A stretch of DNA of 64,000 bases from a virus (taxonomy: Duplodnaviria > Heunggongvirae > Uroviricota > Caudoviricetes), in the IMG/VR virus record IMGVR_UViG_2695420475_000001. One strand, given 5' to 3'. The notes under the pieces were generated by a model. The model ran no database searches, had not been told where the DNA came from, and saw only the letters and a list, made by a program, of their open reading frames with translations. A program made the position numbers and the translations under genes. Below, one piece after another: positions 10,577 through 20,916 of this stretch. The stretch's first letter is position 1. Each line of letters starts with the position of its first letter.

Positions 10577-11470
10577 TTAGCTGACGGTGATACTCACCGT
10601 CGAGGTCTTGCCCTGGTAGGTCGCGGTAATAGTTGCGCTACCGGTTGCGACACCAGTGACCTTGCCGTGCTTATCAACCGACGCCTTGGTAGGTGCCGAG
10701 CTGGTGTACTTGGCGATCGGGGTGTAGTTGATCCCGTTATCACCGGTCACGGTGATCTGCGAGTTGGCAGCCACGGCCACAGTCGCAGTCGAAGGAGTCG
10801 CAGTGATCGAAGCGATCGGAGCCACGAAGCCGGTCTTATCAACCAGGCGTAGCCAGCCAGGTCCGCACCAACCCTGAAGGACCGAGAAGCCCATTTCCTT
10901 GTCGCGGAAGGCCTGGAACGTCATCTTGTAGGTGACTGCTCCATCGTCCTTGCTGTCCTGGTTGTCGACCTTCACCAGCTTGGTACGCGGCATGATGTAG
11001 TAGGCGAAGAGGTCCTCACCGTTCACGTCATCGCTGGCCACCAGGTAGGCGCGGTAGAAGATGTTGCGCGGCAGCGTGGGAGCCTTCAGGGTCACACCAC
11101 CACCGGGCGAAACCTCGAGGTTGGTGCTGTCGAAGACAGTTCCCCAGAACTTCTCCAGCACAACCTTCTTGGTCTCAAGGAACTCGGCCTCGAACTGGAC
11201 CGTGCGCTTGGAGATGATGGTGCGCGCAGGCTCCGCGTCACCGTAGGACTCGATGTCAGTCGAATCGATGTTGTGGGTGATCGAGACACCGGCCTTCTTC
11301 TCGATCATGCCTGCAGACTCGGCGGTCGCGGGCACGTCAAGGTCGCCGGTAACTAGATCCTCGAGAGTCGCGACAGCGGGGTTATCCATGTCATCGAACA
11401 GGATCGCGAAGTGCATGTTTGCACGGATGAGATCGTTGTTCGCGTCGCGAATGGTCTCAAAATCAGCCAT
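10577..11470 (-). CDS. Major tail subunit with C-terminal Ig-like (Big_2) domain
   Basis: 297-aa ORF. The C-terminus (...ATGSATITATYQGKTSTVSITVS) is Ig-like. Position between connectors and chaperones. Confidence 0.7.
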   Translation of the reverse strand: MADFETIRDANNDLIRANMHFAILFDDMDNPAVATLEDLVTGDLDVPATAESAGMIEKKAGVSITHNIDSTDIESYGDAEPARTIISKRTVQFEAEFLETKKVVLEKFWGTVFDSTNLEVSPGGGVTLKAPTLPRNIFYRAYLVASDDVNGEDLFAYYIMPRTKLVKVDNQDSKDDGAVTYKMTFQAFRDKEMGFSVLQGWCGPGWLRLVDKTGFVAPIASITATPSTATVAVAANSQITVTGDNGINYTPIAKYTSSAPTKASVDKHGKVTGVATGSATITATYQGKTSTVSITVS

Positions 11471-11488
11471 GAGCTAGAGATGTCCTTG

Positions 11489-11998
11489 TTAGGGAAGCGA
11501 TTTGATGATCTGCCGGTACTTCGGCAGCCCTTCGGGCTCGCGGAGCGAGATCTTGAAGGAGATGGGGATGAACTTCTCGTCCACGTACTCCTCAGGTACG
11601 AGCTGTGGACCGAGCCACTCCTCCGACTTGCGGATCGTGGTTGTATCGCCATCTGGCAGGGTGATCGGAAGTCCCGTCACCACTTCGTCATCCATCATTC
11701 GACGGACGAAACGGATTAGTTTCCAAGACTCTTTGCGAGTCGGCGTAATAGCGGCGATCTGGATCACTGCTTGATCCGTGCGAAGTGAGGGATCAAACCG
11801 TCCAGGCTGTCGCCATACCCGCAGAGTGGGCTGCGTACCACCAACTTCCTCACCTGGAGAAAGGCTGTACCAACCTGGCGGAAGCCAAGTGCATACCTTG
11901 ACCCTGTCTCCAAGGAGCCGCGAAAGGTAGCTCATAACAAGCACTTCCGCGTCGGTATCATCGTCCTCGTACCAGTCGGGAAGTTCCAACATGGTCAT
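11489..11998 (-). CDS. Head-tail connector / tail terminator-like protein
   Basis: 169-aa ORF in the connector block by synteny. Confidence 0.45.
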   Translation of the reverse strand: MTMLELPDWYEDDDTDAEVLVMSYLSRLLGDRVKVCTWLPPGWYSLSPGEEVGGTQPTLRVWRQPGRFDPSLRTDQAVIQIAAITPTRKESWKLIRFVRRMMDDEVVTGLPITLPDGDTTTIRKSEEWLGPQLVPEEYVDEKFIPISFKISLREPEGLPKYRQIIKSLP

Positions 11999-12417
11999 AG
12001 AGGCGGCAATTCTGCGTAGAGGGCTGAGCGAAGCGCTCCCGAACCCTGGTAAATGGATCCGTGCTGGCCCTGAGATGGGTTCTTACGGCCCATCTCATCT
12101 GCGAGTGCGTATCGCACTCCAACAGTGATTTGGCCAACCCAGCGATCGGTCTTGTATCCACCGATGAACACTTCGGCAGAAACCGCACCGGCCATAGCGC
12201 CCGGGTGACGGTCGCTCTGCTGCTTGGGTCGAGCCTCAAGGCTGGTCACGTAATTGACTGCGACCTTGGCGGTGTACTCGCCAGTTAGCGCATGAAGTCG
12301 TGTCCCTACAAGGATTTGCGCGAGAGCCGGGTTCGGATCCTTGTAAAAGTAGGCAAGCCCACCCTCGGCGTGACGTTCGAGCGGATAGCCCTTGTCAGCG
12401 TCAGTTGATGGTGGCAT
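11995..12417 (-). CDS. Head-tail connector protein
   Basis: Synteny; overlapping start/stop with neighbours. Confidence 0.45.
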   Translation of the reverse strand: MPPSTDADKGYPLERHAEGGLAYFYKDPNPALAQILVGTRLHALTGEYTAKVAVNYVTSLEARPKQQSDRHPGAMAGAVSAEVFIGGYKTDRWVGQITVGVRYALADEMGRKNPSQGQHGSIYQGSGALRSALYAELPPL

Positions 12418-12808
12418 CTACGGTTACCCAGTGATATTCAGGTGGAGTACCGGTCATCAACTGGGGGTAGTCCCACATGCCAGTCGAAGTGACTTTGTAC
12501 TTCACTTCATTGATGACTAGACGGTCACCGAACTTCACCTTGATGGCGTTCTTGTTCGGGATCCCAATCTGACCAGTGGTATTCGAGGACTCTTGGCGAT
12601 CCATTGAGGAAAACGGAGCCTGTCCACCCATGATCAATCCGTAGATGGTTCCGACACACCCAACGCCACCTTCGAGGCGAATAACGTTGCCGTGCTCGTC
12701 AATCGGATCTCCGTGCTCATCACGGCTATGTACTGCCCGGTAGACCTTCGCTGACAGCGAGCCGCGCCGAATCACAGATGCTCGCTCTCCATCCACCCCG
12801 GATCCCAA
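12401..12808 (-). CDS. Head-tail connector protein
   Basis: Synteny. Confidence 0.45.
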   Translation of the reverse strand: MGSGVDGERASVIRRGSLSAKVYRAVHSRDEHGDPIDEHGNVIRLEGGVGCVGTIYGLIMGGQAPFSSMDRQESSNTTGQIGIPNKNAIKVKFGDRLVINEVKYKVTSTGMWDYPQLMTGTPPEYHWVTVDATIN

Positions 12809-13251
12809 GGGTTGAAATAAGGAAGTGGCTTGTCGAAACCGAGGATTCGCACGTAGCCGAGAACCATGTCCATGTCATCTCGACAAGTCCCCTGCACCCA
12901 GAGCTGTCCGCTAGGGCGGTACTTCTGCAGAAAGGCCTTCTCAGCGTCTGTAAAGAACCCGTTCGGGTATGCGAGACGGTCGTACGAGGCAGACTCGGGG
13001 CCCTTGACCTCGTAGGTGACGTGGCGGGGGTTTTCGAACTCCCTGCGCGCAGCTGCGGCGACAATGCCGCGAACTGTCACAGAAACCGTGTCACGATCCG
13101 GCCAGAGCTTGCCCGAGATCATTCGAGCCCACCCGGAGGCCACGCGGAGGATGAACCTCGCACGGGCCTTGTCGTCGTTATCGAAGACGACGCCCATCCA
13201 GGTGGCTAGCTCATCTGCGGTGGCAAGCTGGTCGGGAAAATCGTCGGCCAT
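12772..13251 (-). CDS. Head-tail adaptor protein
   Basis: Directly downstream of the major capsid gene. Confidence 0.45.
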   Translation of the reverse strand: MADDFPDQLATADELATWMGVVFDNDDKARARFILRVASGWARMISGKLWPDRDTVSVTVRGIVAAAARREFENPRHVTYEVKGPESASYDRLAYPNGFFTDAEKAFLQKYRPSGQLWVQGTCRDDMDMVLGYVRILGFDKPLPYFNPWDPGWMESEHL

Positions 13252-13263
13252 CTTGCCTCCCGA

Positions 13264-14406
13264 TCAGGCGACAGTGATGGTGTAGTTGTCCGTAACCGAA
13301 CCGATAGTCGCGGTGATCTTGGCGGTACCTGCTGCCACACCAGTCACGACGCCGTTCGCGTCAACGGTCGCCTTGGCAGGGGTGTCCGAGACCCAAGTGA
13401 CCATCGAGTCACCGGCACGGTTGTCCAGGTTGGAATCAACCAACGACAGCGCGCGAGTCGCACCTACAGCCACGTCGCCCTTGTTGCCGATGGCAACCGA
13501 CGTTGCGGCGAGCTGGATGCGAGCTGCGCGGACAAACCCAGGATCGGGATCAACCACGGCCTTGTATCCGGCCCAGGTGTCGACCAACGAACGGTCAGTA
13601 GTGATCTGCGAGTCGTAGTCGCCCAGCCAGCGCAGGCCAATTCCATTATCGGAACCAACAGTCGACACAGCGACGTTGTTGGAGAACGGCTTACCAGGTG
13701 CGCGGGTAACCAGCACGAAGGCAGTTGGGTGGAACAGGAACGCCGCACCGTGAGGGATGGTGTCCACCACAACCACGTCATATCCGGCCAGACGACCGAT
13801 ACGGGCGTTGGTCAGGCGGTCAGCACCAGCCTGTCCTGCCGAGTCGTAGCGCACGAAACGGTCATCAAGAAGCAGGGCCTCTTCGACAGCCGATCCGACA
13901 AGAAGGACGCGTCCCTCACGGGGAACGAAAGCGTCATTAAGCTGACGACGGGCGTGGATCACCGCGTTGTAGATCGCATCCACGGCAGCGGTGTGCACCT
14001 GCTGGTACGGAGCGTCAACAATGGTGGTCGCGACACCGGCCTCGAGCTTCTCGCTAACAGAGCGAACCTGACGCGGAAGAACATCCACAGCGAAGCTGCG
14101 AACGTCAAGCTCGCGCTCCTCATCGGTCAGAGCGATCAGGTTGTACACCACGTCGTTCAGACGGACGTCGACCGAGGTCTCAGTCAGGTCGCTGACCTGC
14201 ATAAGACGGTCCTGCCCAGTCGCGCGAAGCTTGCGCGTGTGAGCGATGGTTGGCTGCGGGATGCGGATGGTGATGGTGTCGTTGTACTTGCCACCGAAGT
14301 CACCAAGGCCGTCCTTCCACACAAAGTGTGGGAGAACAAGATCCGACTGCAGCATGCCGAGGATCGTGTTAATGATCACGGTCGGCTTCAGGAATGCGTT
14401 AGCCAT
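13264..14406 (-). CDS. Major capsid protein (HK97-like) with C-terminal Ig-like domain
   Basis: 380-aa ORF after the scaffold gene. The C-terminal Big_2-like segment (...TAKITATIGSVTDNYTITVA) mirrors the one on the major tail. Confidence 0.75.
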   Translation of the reverse strand: MANAFLKPTVIINTILGMLQSDLVLPHFVWKDGLGDFGGKYNDTITIRIPQPTIAHTRKLRATGQDRLMQVSDLTETSVDVRLNDVVYNLIALTDEERELDVRSFAVDVLPRQVRSVSEKLEAGVATTIVDAPYQQVHTAAVDAIYNAVIHARRQLNDAFVPREGRVLLVGSAVEEALLLDDRFVRYDSAGQAGADRLTNARIGRLAGYDVVVVDTIPHGAAFLFHPTAFVLVTRAPGKPFSNNVAVSTVGSDNGIGLRWLGDYDSQITTDRSLVDTWAGYKAVVDPDPGFVRAARIQLAATSVAIGNKGDVAVGATRALSLVDSNLDNRAGDSMVTWVSDTPAKATVDANGVVTGVAAGTAKITATIGSVTDNYTITVA

Positions 14407-14443
14407 AAGCTACGAAATGTCCTTGGATTAAAGGGAAACCGGG

Positions 14444-15190
14444 TTAGCGTCGAGTGGTGAGCCCACCGCGCTCGCGGTCCTGCTTGATCTGATCGAGGAT
14501 CGATGCGGTCATCGCCTCGTCCGAGTCCTCACTGGACCCGCCTCCACCACTCTGACCCTTACGAGGTCCATCGCCCTGTGGCGCAGTATCTTTCGGAGCC
14601 TTCTGCGCAGGCGTCTTCTTGGTGTTTGACCCGCCCTCACTCAGGACGTCGAGTAGTTCTTGTGCGTCGGCACGCATCGCATCTTCGTCATCTCCCGTGA
14701 TACGGGAGGCGAATCGGACTGGAAGTCCAATCTCTTCGGCGATCTCACGCGCGAGATTGTTGCGATCGGTAGATGCTTTGAATTCGCGGAGCTGCTGAAG
14801 CTCATTTGCCAGAGTGGCCTTTTCAGCCTCCCAACGCTGCGCGTCGGTCTGACCGGCTGCCTCAAACTGCTTGAGGCGCTCTACCTCTGCCTTTAGTGTA
14901 TCACGCTCAGCGGTAAGGGGATCGAGCTTGTTCTTACGATCACGCGCGAGGCGGTCAGTGACCAGCTTGTTTCCCCACTCGGTAGCGGCTTCCTTGCTCT
15001 CGAAGCTCCACCAGTTGTTTGCCGCAGGAGGGGTGATATCCGCTCCGTCATTGCCCGAATCGTCGCCTGCCCCAGCGTCATTCCCAGCATCCTCGGACCC
15101 GCCCATGATGGGCCAGATAGGGCCGCGCGAGGTGAAACCAATAGCCTGAAGGCCGGTGGTTGGGTGAATGGGCATCAGTGATTCGCTCAC
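14444..15190 (-). CDS. Scaffolding protein
   Basis: 248-aa acidic coiled-coil protein between the MuF-like and capsid genes. Confidence 0.6.
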   Translation of the reverse strand: MSESLMPIHPTTGLQAIGFTSRGPIWPIMGGSEDAGNDAGAGDDSGNDGADITPPAANNWWSFESKEAATEWGNKLVTDRLARDRKNKLDPLTAERDTLKAEVERLKQFEAAGQTDAQRWEAEKATLANELQQLREFKASTDRNNLAREIAEEIGLPVRFASRITGDDEDAMRADAQELLDVLSEGGSNTKKTPAQKAPKDTAPQGDGPRKGQSGGGGSSEDSDEAMTASILDQIKQDRERGGLTTRR

Positions 15191-15241
15191 TGCATTCTCT
15201 TCTCTCCGAACCGTTTTCGGTCGTTCGTGAAACCGTCCTGG

Positions 15242-16363
15242 CTACGCAGCCAGTTGCGAAAGGCGCGTGTTCGCCCACTCCACCTGGGGAGAATTACGGC
15301 TGAATCCTGCGCCGAGGAGAGCTCGCGATCGGCTCTCAAGTTCTTTGCGCACCTTGCCTAGATCGGGTGTGGTGCGCTTGAAAGGGGTGTACTGCTCGCG
15401 GAACTTCGCGGCCTGATCTTTGTTTGATAGCCAGTACCATTCGCGGGAAACCTTGTCCCACTGATCGAAATAGAACTGAGCCTCTTCGTCGCGGATCGCT
15501 TCGTGCTTCTGTCCGAACGACTTCTCGCGCGCATAGACCGGACGCAATTGGCAGCGGCAGTGGTTGTGCACCTTGGCGACATTCGAGAAGCCTTCGGGCA
15601 ACTCTGGTCCATCCTTCGGTGCGATGAAGTCCTGGTCTCCCTTGGTTAGGGATCCATTCCAAGGATTAGCTCGGCCACCCTTGAACGAACTCTTTCGGAA
15701 AACCGCTCCCCTACTTGCCAATAGGGCGCAGAACCAACAGGGGTTGCCATCGGTCACGCGTGCATAGCCGATGATCTTGCGATCGGTGTACACCACGTTG
15801 CCCGTGACATTCCGGCCACCGTTCATCGCCTGGCGGATCGCGGCACCCGAAGAGTTAGACAACCCGCTGTACATCAGATCCTCTTGAGGACCCGGCATCG
15901 AAGCTTTGATCTCGTAGTTGCCGTTGATCACCAGCGATGTGGCGACATCCTTTTCAGGAAAGGGATCGAACTCAACCAGGGGCTGATGTTCCAGTGCCAC
16001 GGAAGGGATAAGGCTGTCCGAGAAGCGCAATGGCGAGATGTTGCTTGGAACCTCTACGACTGGCACATCCATAGGCAGGAAGTCCTCAGTCGACAGTGTT
16101 GCGTTGCGAACGTCACTCGCGAATACAGCTGCGGCCCTCTGAGACTGCAGGTAGGCGGTCTTCACTAGCGGGAGCGCTGAGCTCACCCAGAGAGGCGTGG
16201 TCCTGTCGAGCTCATCGAATCGCTGAATCATCCAAATTGGGTAGAGCTTCAAAGCCAGCCCTGCCGCGATGGCGTCCTGGTCCTCGCTGTGCTTCAGCGT
16301 GCGATAGGCGATGTATGCCTCAAGGGCCTTCAGTCCACTCCCCTGCTCCTGGGGCGCGGTCAC
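15242..16363 (-). CDS. MuF-like minor head / head-morphogenesis protein
   Basis: 373-aa ORF immediately after the portal; C-terminal Cys/His cluster. Confidence 0.5.
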   Translation of the reverse strand: MTAPQEQGSGLKALEAYIAYRTLKHSEDQDAIAAGLALKLYPIWMIQRFDELDRTTPLWVSSALPLVKTAYLQSQRAAAVFASDVRNATLSTEDFLPMDVPVVEVPSNISPLRFSDSLIPSVALEHQPLVEFDPFPEKDVATSLVINGNYEIKASMPGPQEDLMYSGLSNSSGAAIRQAMNGGRNVTGNVVYTDRKIIGYARVTDGNPCWFCALLASRGAVFRKSSFKGGRANPWNGSLTKGDQDFIAPKDGPELPEGFSNVAKVHNHCRCQLRPVYAREKSFGQKHEAIRDEEAQFYFDQWDKVSREWYWLSNKDQAAKFREQYTPFKRTTPDLGKVRKELESRSRALLGAGFSRNSPQVEWANTRLSQLAA

Positions 16364-18003
16364 TTAGTGGCCATTCCCCGCGAGACGCCGGTCTTGTTGT
16401 TCAGCGGCCTCTGGTTGGTGGGGTTGTTGGGCCCACCGCCACCCGGGCCACCTGGATTCGGCGCTGCCGGTGGAGGCTCTGGCTTGCCGGTCTTCGAGTC
16501 AACGCCTACCGAAGTGGTGGTTACACCCACAACCTCGCGCAAGTACGTGGTGAGCGGATCGTCATCAAGAGCCTTCTTCTCCCAGGCCTCGACCTCGGTC
16601 TGCTCAACACCAGGGATGCGGTGCCATGCGGCGATCTTCGGAACTCCGAGCTGCGAGCAGATCTTGCCCCACGCGTCAGCGAACTGAGCCAGCGAGCGAA
16701 CCTCGACGTCCTGCCAGTGGACGCGTGCAAAGAAGTCAGATGCATCCTCCTCGCGGCCCTCAATCAGGGCGGCAAGACGGAGCACCTGGGCGTGCGACTC
16801 ACCCATGACGGTCTGCTTCTCGAACAGACGCTGGTAGGTCTGCTTACGAGCACCATCGAGTGCGTCAGCAGCCACATTCACGACCTGGCCGAGCAGGTTG
16901 GGTGGCAGCTGCATGACTGCCGCGAAAGTCTCTAGATCAGCCTTGTAGGCGGCAATAAAGCCGTCCATTGAGGTCTCATCAAGGGTGCCAAACCGGGCCT
17001 GCGCCTCCGAGGAGATGAGGATATCCTCGTGCCCAATGCGAATCTTGGTCTCTTCGACCTCATCCGAGGTATCTGGCTGTTCTAGACCAGTAGCCCAACG
17101 AACCTTGAAGCTGTTGAAGTGCTGAACCAAGAGGCGGTCGAACACCGTCTTGTCAATGCGGGCCGCGAGATCAATAACCGACTCCACATCACCCCAGCAG
17201 CGACCACGCAGGTCGATCTGGTTGACGTAGCGGACGAACGGTGGCGTGCCGTACTTGGTGTTCTCAAGCGTCCCTGCGCCGAACTTGCCCTTATCGAAAG
17301 TCAATGGGATGAAGTCACCATTGGGAAGCCACCAGCGGTACTTGCCCTTCTGAGGAAGCTTCTCCAGAACGAACTGGGGGTACTCGTCAGCGTATGGATC
17401 GTCGTAAAGAGCGAAGCAATCCATAGGGTCGACGGCGCGCATGATCGCCATGACCTTGCTGGTCTCATCAACACCCTCGGTGACGCGAACGTAGGCGTAT
17501 CCGTAGGTCATCACAGCGCGGTTCAGGGAGATCTGCTGCGCGGTCATCTTGTTGCGAACCCAGGACTTCCATCCCTCAGAGTTCTCCGTCTCGCCTTCCT
17601 TGCGATAACCGTCAACGATCATCTGCTGGGCGAAGGTGGAGATCATCACCGGGATCCATGGAGTGCGAGCCATCCGCTGTAGCACCGCGCGCTCAGTGTT
17701 GCGCTTCAGTGGCCGTACAGACGGCTGCTTACCAGCACCCCAGGATTCAAGGTGGGCAAGTCGGCCACGCTCGAGCTCGAATGCGGGAAACACCTTCTTG
17801 GTGATGAAGGTTTCCAGCGCCTTGCCCGACAGTGAGGGATCTGGAAGATCAACTGGCGCAGGGCAGAATTCGGGCGCGTAAACGTCTGACTGGTAGTAGA
17901 CGTCGCTCTGGTAGACGCTCACCAAAGTCCTCCCCCACGAGGCTTGCCCTCGTAGTGCTTCTTTTCGACAATCGCCTTGGAACGCAGCATGTTCAGTCCC
18001 CAC
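16360..18003 (-). CDS. Portal protein
   Basis: 547-aa ORF directly downstream of the terminase large subunit. Confidence 0.8.
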   Translation of the reverse strand: MGTEHAAFQGDCRKEALRGQASWGRTLVSVYQSDVYYQSDVYAPEFCPAPVDLPDPSLSGKALETFITKKVFPAFELERGRLAHLESWGAGKQPSVRPLKRNTERAVLQRMARTPWIPVMISTFAQQMIVDGYRKEGETENSEGWKSWVRNKMTAQQISLNRAVMTYGYAYVRVTEGVDETSKVMAIMRAVDPMDCFALYDDPYADEYPQFVLEKLPQKGKYRWWLPNGDFIPLTFDKGKFGAGTLENTKYGTPPFVRYVNQIDLRGRCWGDVESVIDLAARIDKTVFDRLLVQHFNSFKVRWATGLEQPDTSDEVEETKIRIGHEDILISSEAQARFGTLDETSMDGFIAAYKADLETFAAVMQLPPNLLGQVVNVAADALDGARKQTYQRLFEKQTVMGESHAQVLRLAALIEGREEDASDFFARVHWQDVEVRSLAQFADAWGKICSQLGVPKIAAWHRIPGVEQTEVEAWEKKALDDDPLTTYLREVVGVTTTSVGVDSKTGKPEPPPAAPNPGGPGGGGPNNPTNQRPLNNKTGVSRGMATK

Positions 18004-19439
18004 AGGGCGTAGGAGATGGCGCAGACTCCGGTGATGTCGACAGTGGTATCGGCCCGGGACCAGCCCCAGCCGTTGTATTCGCCCTCGTCAATGGCGTTGC
18101 TGACTTTGCCGCCGAGGTTGTATTTGCGGGCCCCGGCCAAGCCGACAGTGATCGTGGGATCACCAAGATGGATAAGGGAGCCATCCTCAACCGAGTCATA
18201 GAAGAACCCAGTCGCGGCAATAATCTCCTTAGTGCCGAACGGAATTACTTCGATGCCAAGGGCTTCAAGCTCAGGAATCAGCGCACCCGCGCGTGCTCCC
18301 GACTGAATGCAAACAGCAAGTGGCGTAGGCGAATTCTTCGCCTTGTAGATCTGATCAATCGCCTCAACACACCAGGAGATGCCGCGCTCGCTCGACTCGA
18401 CCTCAACCTGCTTCTTGCCGTCAGCCGTGTAGCCAGCCAGGCCGATAGTGGCATTGGAGCGATCCGGTGCGGCGTCAACAGCAAGGACGATGCGTGAGGT
18501 GATCTTGGAGACACCAAGCTCGGAATGCTCAGAATGAACGAAACCGGCACAGCGGCAACGAGACTTCCAGAGCTCGGCATCGATAGGAGACTTGATCGAG
18601 TTGTCGTGCCACAGACCGAGACGCTCACGGGCGAACTTCTTGTCGTCCATCGAGCCGCGCTCAACGTTCGCAATCCACTCCTCGGTGAGGCGGATTCCCA
18701 ACGCGGGGTTCGACTTGTACCACTGCTCGATGTCATCGAGCTTGCAGCCAGCGTCCGCACACCATTCGAACAGTGCGATACGCGGATGATGGTCCATACC
18801 ACGCTCACGAGCCTTAATAAGGACCGCTGAGTCCTCGTTGCCCGTAGAGGAGGTGTAGATAACCTGGGGATTTTTACGCGCCGACAATGCGGGGATCAAC
18901 GCCGCGACCATATCGGGATCGAGGTCGTATGCCTCATCCAGCACAACTAGATCGCCCGAGAAGCCTCGACCCTGGCCGGTGCCGCGAGCCTTATAGAGCA
19001 GGCGCGCACCGTTATTCAGGATGATGCCAACCTTGCCGTTGGCGGAAGGCTTCGATCGAACGTACTTATCGAGAGCAGGACAGCCCTCAATGATGTCCAC
19101 CATGCGCAGGTACGACTCGTAGGCCGTATCGAAGAGGTGGGCGGTGTGGATGATCAGGCGTGTTCCGAATAGGAACAGGTGGACGATCTCCAACGCTTCG
19201 GTGATCGCCGTCTTGCCATTTTGTCGGGGAATGAGCAGAACCGCTTCTAGCGCAGCCCATTTGCGATCCTCGCGTTCGCCTAGAAGGTCACGAAGGATCA
19301 ACTGCTGCCACGGATCCAAGTGGTATCCAATAGCGTTCAGGAATGCGATAGCTTTGTCGCCGCGTGATCGGACATACTCTGGAACCCAGTAGTTGGGTGG
19401 AATCTGATCACCAATGCGGACTTCACCAGTTGCAACCAC
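17919..19439 (-). CDS. Terminase large subunit
   Basis: 506 aa with ATPase Walker B-like motif (LVVLDEAYDLDPD) and nuclease C-terminal part. Confidence 0.9.
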   Translation of the reverse strand: MVATGEVRIGDQIPPNYWVPEYVRSRGDKAIAFLNAIGYHLDPWQQLILRDLLGEREDRKWAALEAVLLIPRQNGKTAITEALEIVHLFLFGTRLIIHTAHLFDTAYESYLRMVDIIEGCPALDKYVRSKPSANGKVGIILNNGARLLYKARGTGQGRGFSGDLVVLDEAYDLDPDMVAALIPALSARKNPQVIYTSSTGNEDSAVLIKARERGMDHHPRIALFEWCADAGCKLDDIEQWYKSNPALGIRLTEEWIANVERGSMDDKKFARERLGLWHDNSIKSPIDAELWKSRCRCAGFVHSEHSELGVSKITSRIVLAVDAAPDRSNATIGLAGYTADGKKQVEVESSERGISWCVEAIDQIYKAKNSPTPLAVCIQSGARAGALIPELEALGIEVIPFGTKEIIAATGFFYDSVEDGSLIHLGDPTITVGLAGARKYNLGGKVSNAIDEGEYNGWGWSRADTTVDITGVCAISYALWGLNMLRSKAIVEKKHYEGKPRGGGLW

Positions 19440-19468
19440 TGAGGGCCCAACCGTCCTTGTCTACATAC

Positions 19469-19957
19469 TCAGTCCGGTAAAGCGAACTCCGCCATCATCT
19501 TTGCGATGGGGTCGTCAACTTCTCCCGAATTAGCCTCGGAATTTCCGAGTTTCAGTTGCGCCAACAGCTGACGCAGAGCGAGCCGCTGCTGGCGGATCTC
19601 ACCCAGAAGGGGATTCACAACGATCTTGATTTCAACAGCGTCAGGCGCTGTGTATTCAGCATCCTCAGCTAGACGGATCCACTCCGACGAGCCTGAAGCC
19701 AATGCCCCACTGAGTCGTTCAATGATGTCAGCGGTACGGCATGCCTCACCGAGAAGGACGTATCCGGCTGGATCCAGTGTTGACCCTGCAGTAACGCCGT
19801 CCCATAGATGCTTACCCCAGTCCTTGAGCCCCTTGGGCTGCTGTGGTTCGGGCATCGCGAATCTTCCTGTACCAGGACCAATGCGCGTCCTGTGCGTATT
19901 CCCAGGCCTTGATGTAGGTCCGCAAGCGATAGTTGGGCTGACGGTTTCCGTCCGCAC
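19469..19957 (-). CDS. Terminase small subunit candidate
   Basis: Immediately upstream of the large terminase. The real start is probably the internal Met near 19855 (MPEPQQPKG...). Confidence 0.35.
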   Translation of the reverse strand: MRTETVSPTIACGPTSRPGNTHRTRIGPGTGRFAMPEPQQPKGLKDWGKHLWDGVTAGSTLDPAGYVLLGEACRTADIIERLSGALASGSSEWIRLAEDAEYTAPDAVEIKIVVNPLLGEIRQQRLALRQLLAQLKLGNSEANSGEVDDPIAKMMAEFALPD

Positions 19958-20105
19958 AAAGTGCTGCGTCCTGCGCCTGTAGGTCGAGGTAGTGGTTTAG
20001 CTCGGCTACGTCGTTTCGGATGAGTGCACGAACATCTTCAAGCGTCAGGTCGCTCCACAAAGGCTTTGTTGCCTTGTCATCGAAGCTAATTGACGGAGCG
20101 ATCAC
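19812..20105 (-). CDS. Hypothetical protein, first gene of the leftward structural operon
   Basis: 97-aa ORF; divergent intergenic region at 20106-20177. Confidence 0.35.
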   Translation of the reverse strand: MIAPSISFDDKATKPLWSDLTLEDVRALIRNDVAELNHYLDLQAQDAALCADGNRQPNYRLRTYIKAWEYAQDAHWSWYRKIRDARTTAAQGAQGLG

Positions 20106-20177
20106 CAGCTGTACCTCCTGTTACAAGTGTATCAGCAAACTCCATAGGTAAGCCTTCATCTACCCACATGAACCACT

Positions 20178-20423
20178 TTGGCGTTCATATGCTTTAAGCA
20201 CACGAAGGAAGGGATTGAGATGTTGAAGCCCGTGAAACGGCTCAGGAAGCGCCACCGCAAGTACATCTGGGTGGACCGCGAAGGCACAGTGTGGGTGTAC
20301 CTGAAGTCCGAGAGGAATTGGTGCACGCTCACCTGGGTTGATGGCTTCCCAGAGCTTCTGGCCACCATTGACGATGACGGCTGGCCAGACGGTCCGTTCT
20401 ACCCTGTGCCGGTGTTCTCATGA
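20178..20423 (+). CDS. Hypothetical small protein
   Basis: ORF; start of the rightward small-gene cluster. Confidence 0.35.
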   Translation: MAFICFKHTKEGIEMLKPVKRLRKRHRKYIWVDREGTVWVYLKSERNWCTLTWVDGFPELLATIDDDGWPDGPFYPVPVFS

Positions 20424-20650
20424 GCGCGCAAGTGCATCTTCTTGTCAAGTTTGAGAACGGTAAACCCTCTCTGGGGCTTGGCAATTCTGGCAACAGTCGT
20501 TCATACACAAAAAAGGGCGTAGCCAAGAACTACGCCGAATCTGCTGGAGGAGATATCCGTATTCTTACGGTGACTATCCCCGATGAAGGTGTGGTTGGTG
20601 AGGGCTTGTGGCCCGAGCTCCTCCCCCGAGTGGCGGTGAGCTGGTCATGA
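20420..20650 (+). CDS. Hypothetical small protein
   Basis: ORF with stop/start overlap to the preceding ORF (20178..20423). Confidence 0.35.
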   Translation: MSAQVHLLVKFENGKPSLGLGNSGNSRSYTKKGVAKNYAESAGGDIRILTVTIPDEGVVGEGLWPELLPRVAVSWS

Positions 20651-20916
20651 CCAGCACTGTTGTCCATTCAGACCAGCCGGTACCGCCATTCGGTTGGGAG
20701 TGGCGCGTTACCTGTGCAGGGCCGCATTTACTGGATGTGGCCCTGATGGACAGCGAAGAAGTTGTCCTCAGGAAAGAGGTCGATATCCGCATGGTGCAAA
20801 CCGAAGATGAGCTCCTGGACCTTGTGCACGGCAGGATGGCCCTAATGCGCTCAGAGGCAATCGCAGCATGCTCCATGTCCCACTGGCTCAAGAAGAACTG
20901 GGGAATCGAATGCTGA
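20608..20916 (+). CDS. Hypothetical protein (probable start 20647)
   Basis: ATGA overlap with the upstream stop. Confidence 0.4.
   Translation: MARAPPPSGGELVMTSTVVHSDQPVPPFGWEWRVTCAGPHLLDVALMDSEEVVLRKEVDIRMVQTEDELLDLVHGRMALMRSEAIAACSMSHWLKKNWGIEC

Noticed and set aside
16096-16935. 279-aa plus-strand ORF overlapping the portal and MuF-like gene boundary
   Set aside because: It is antisense to two syntenic structural genes. Its Arg/Ala-rich translation is typical of a GC-rich shadow frame.
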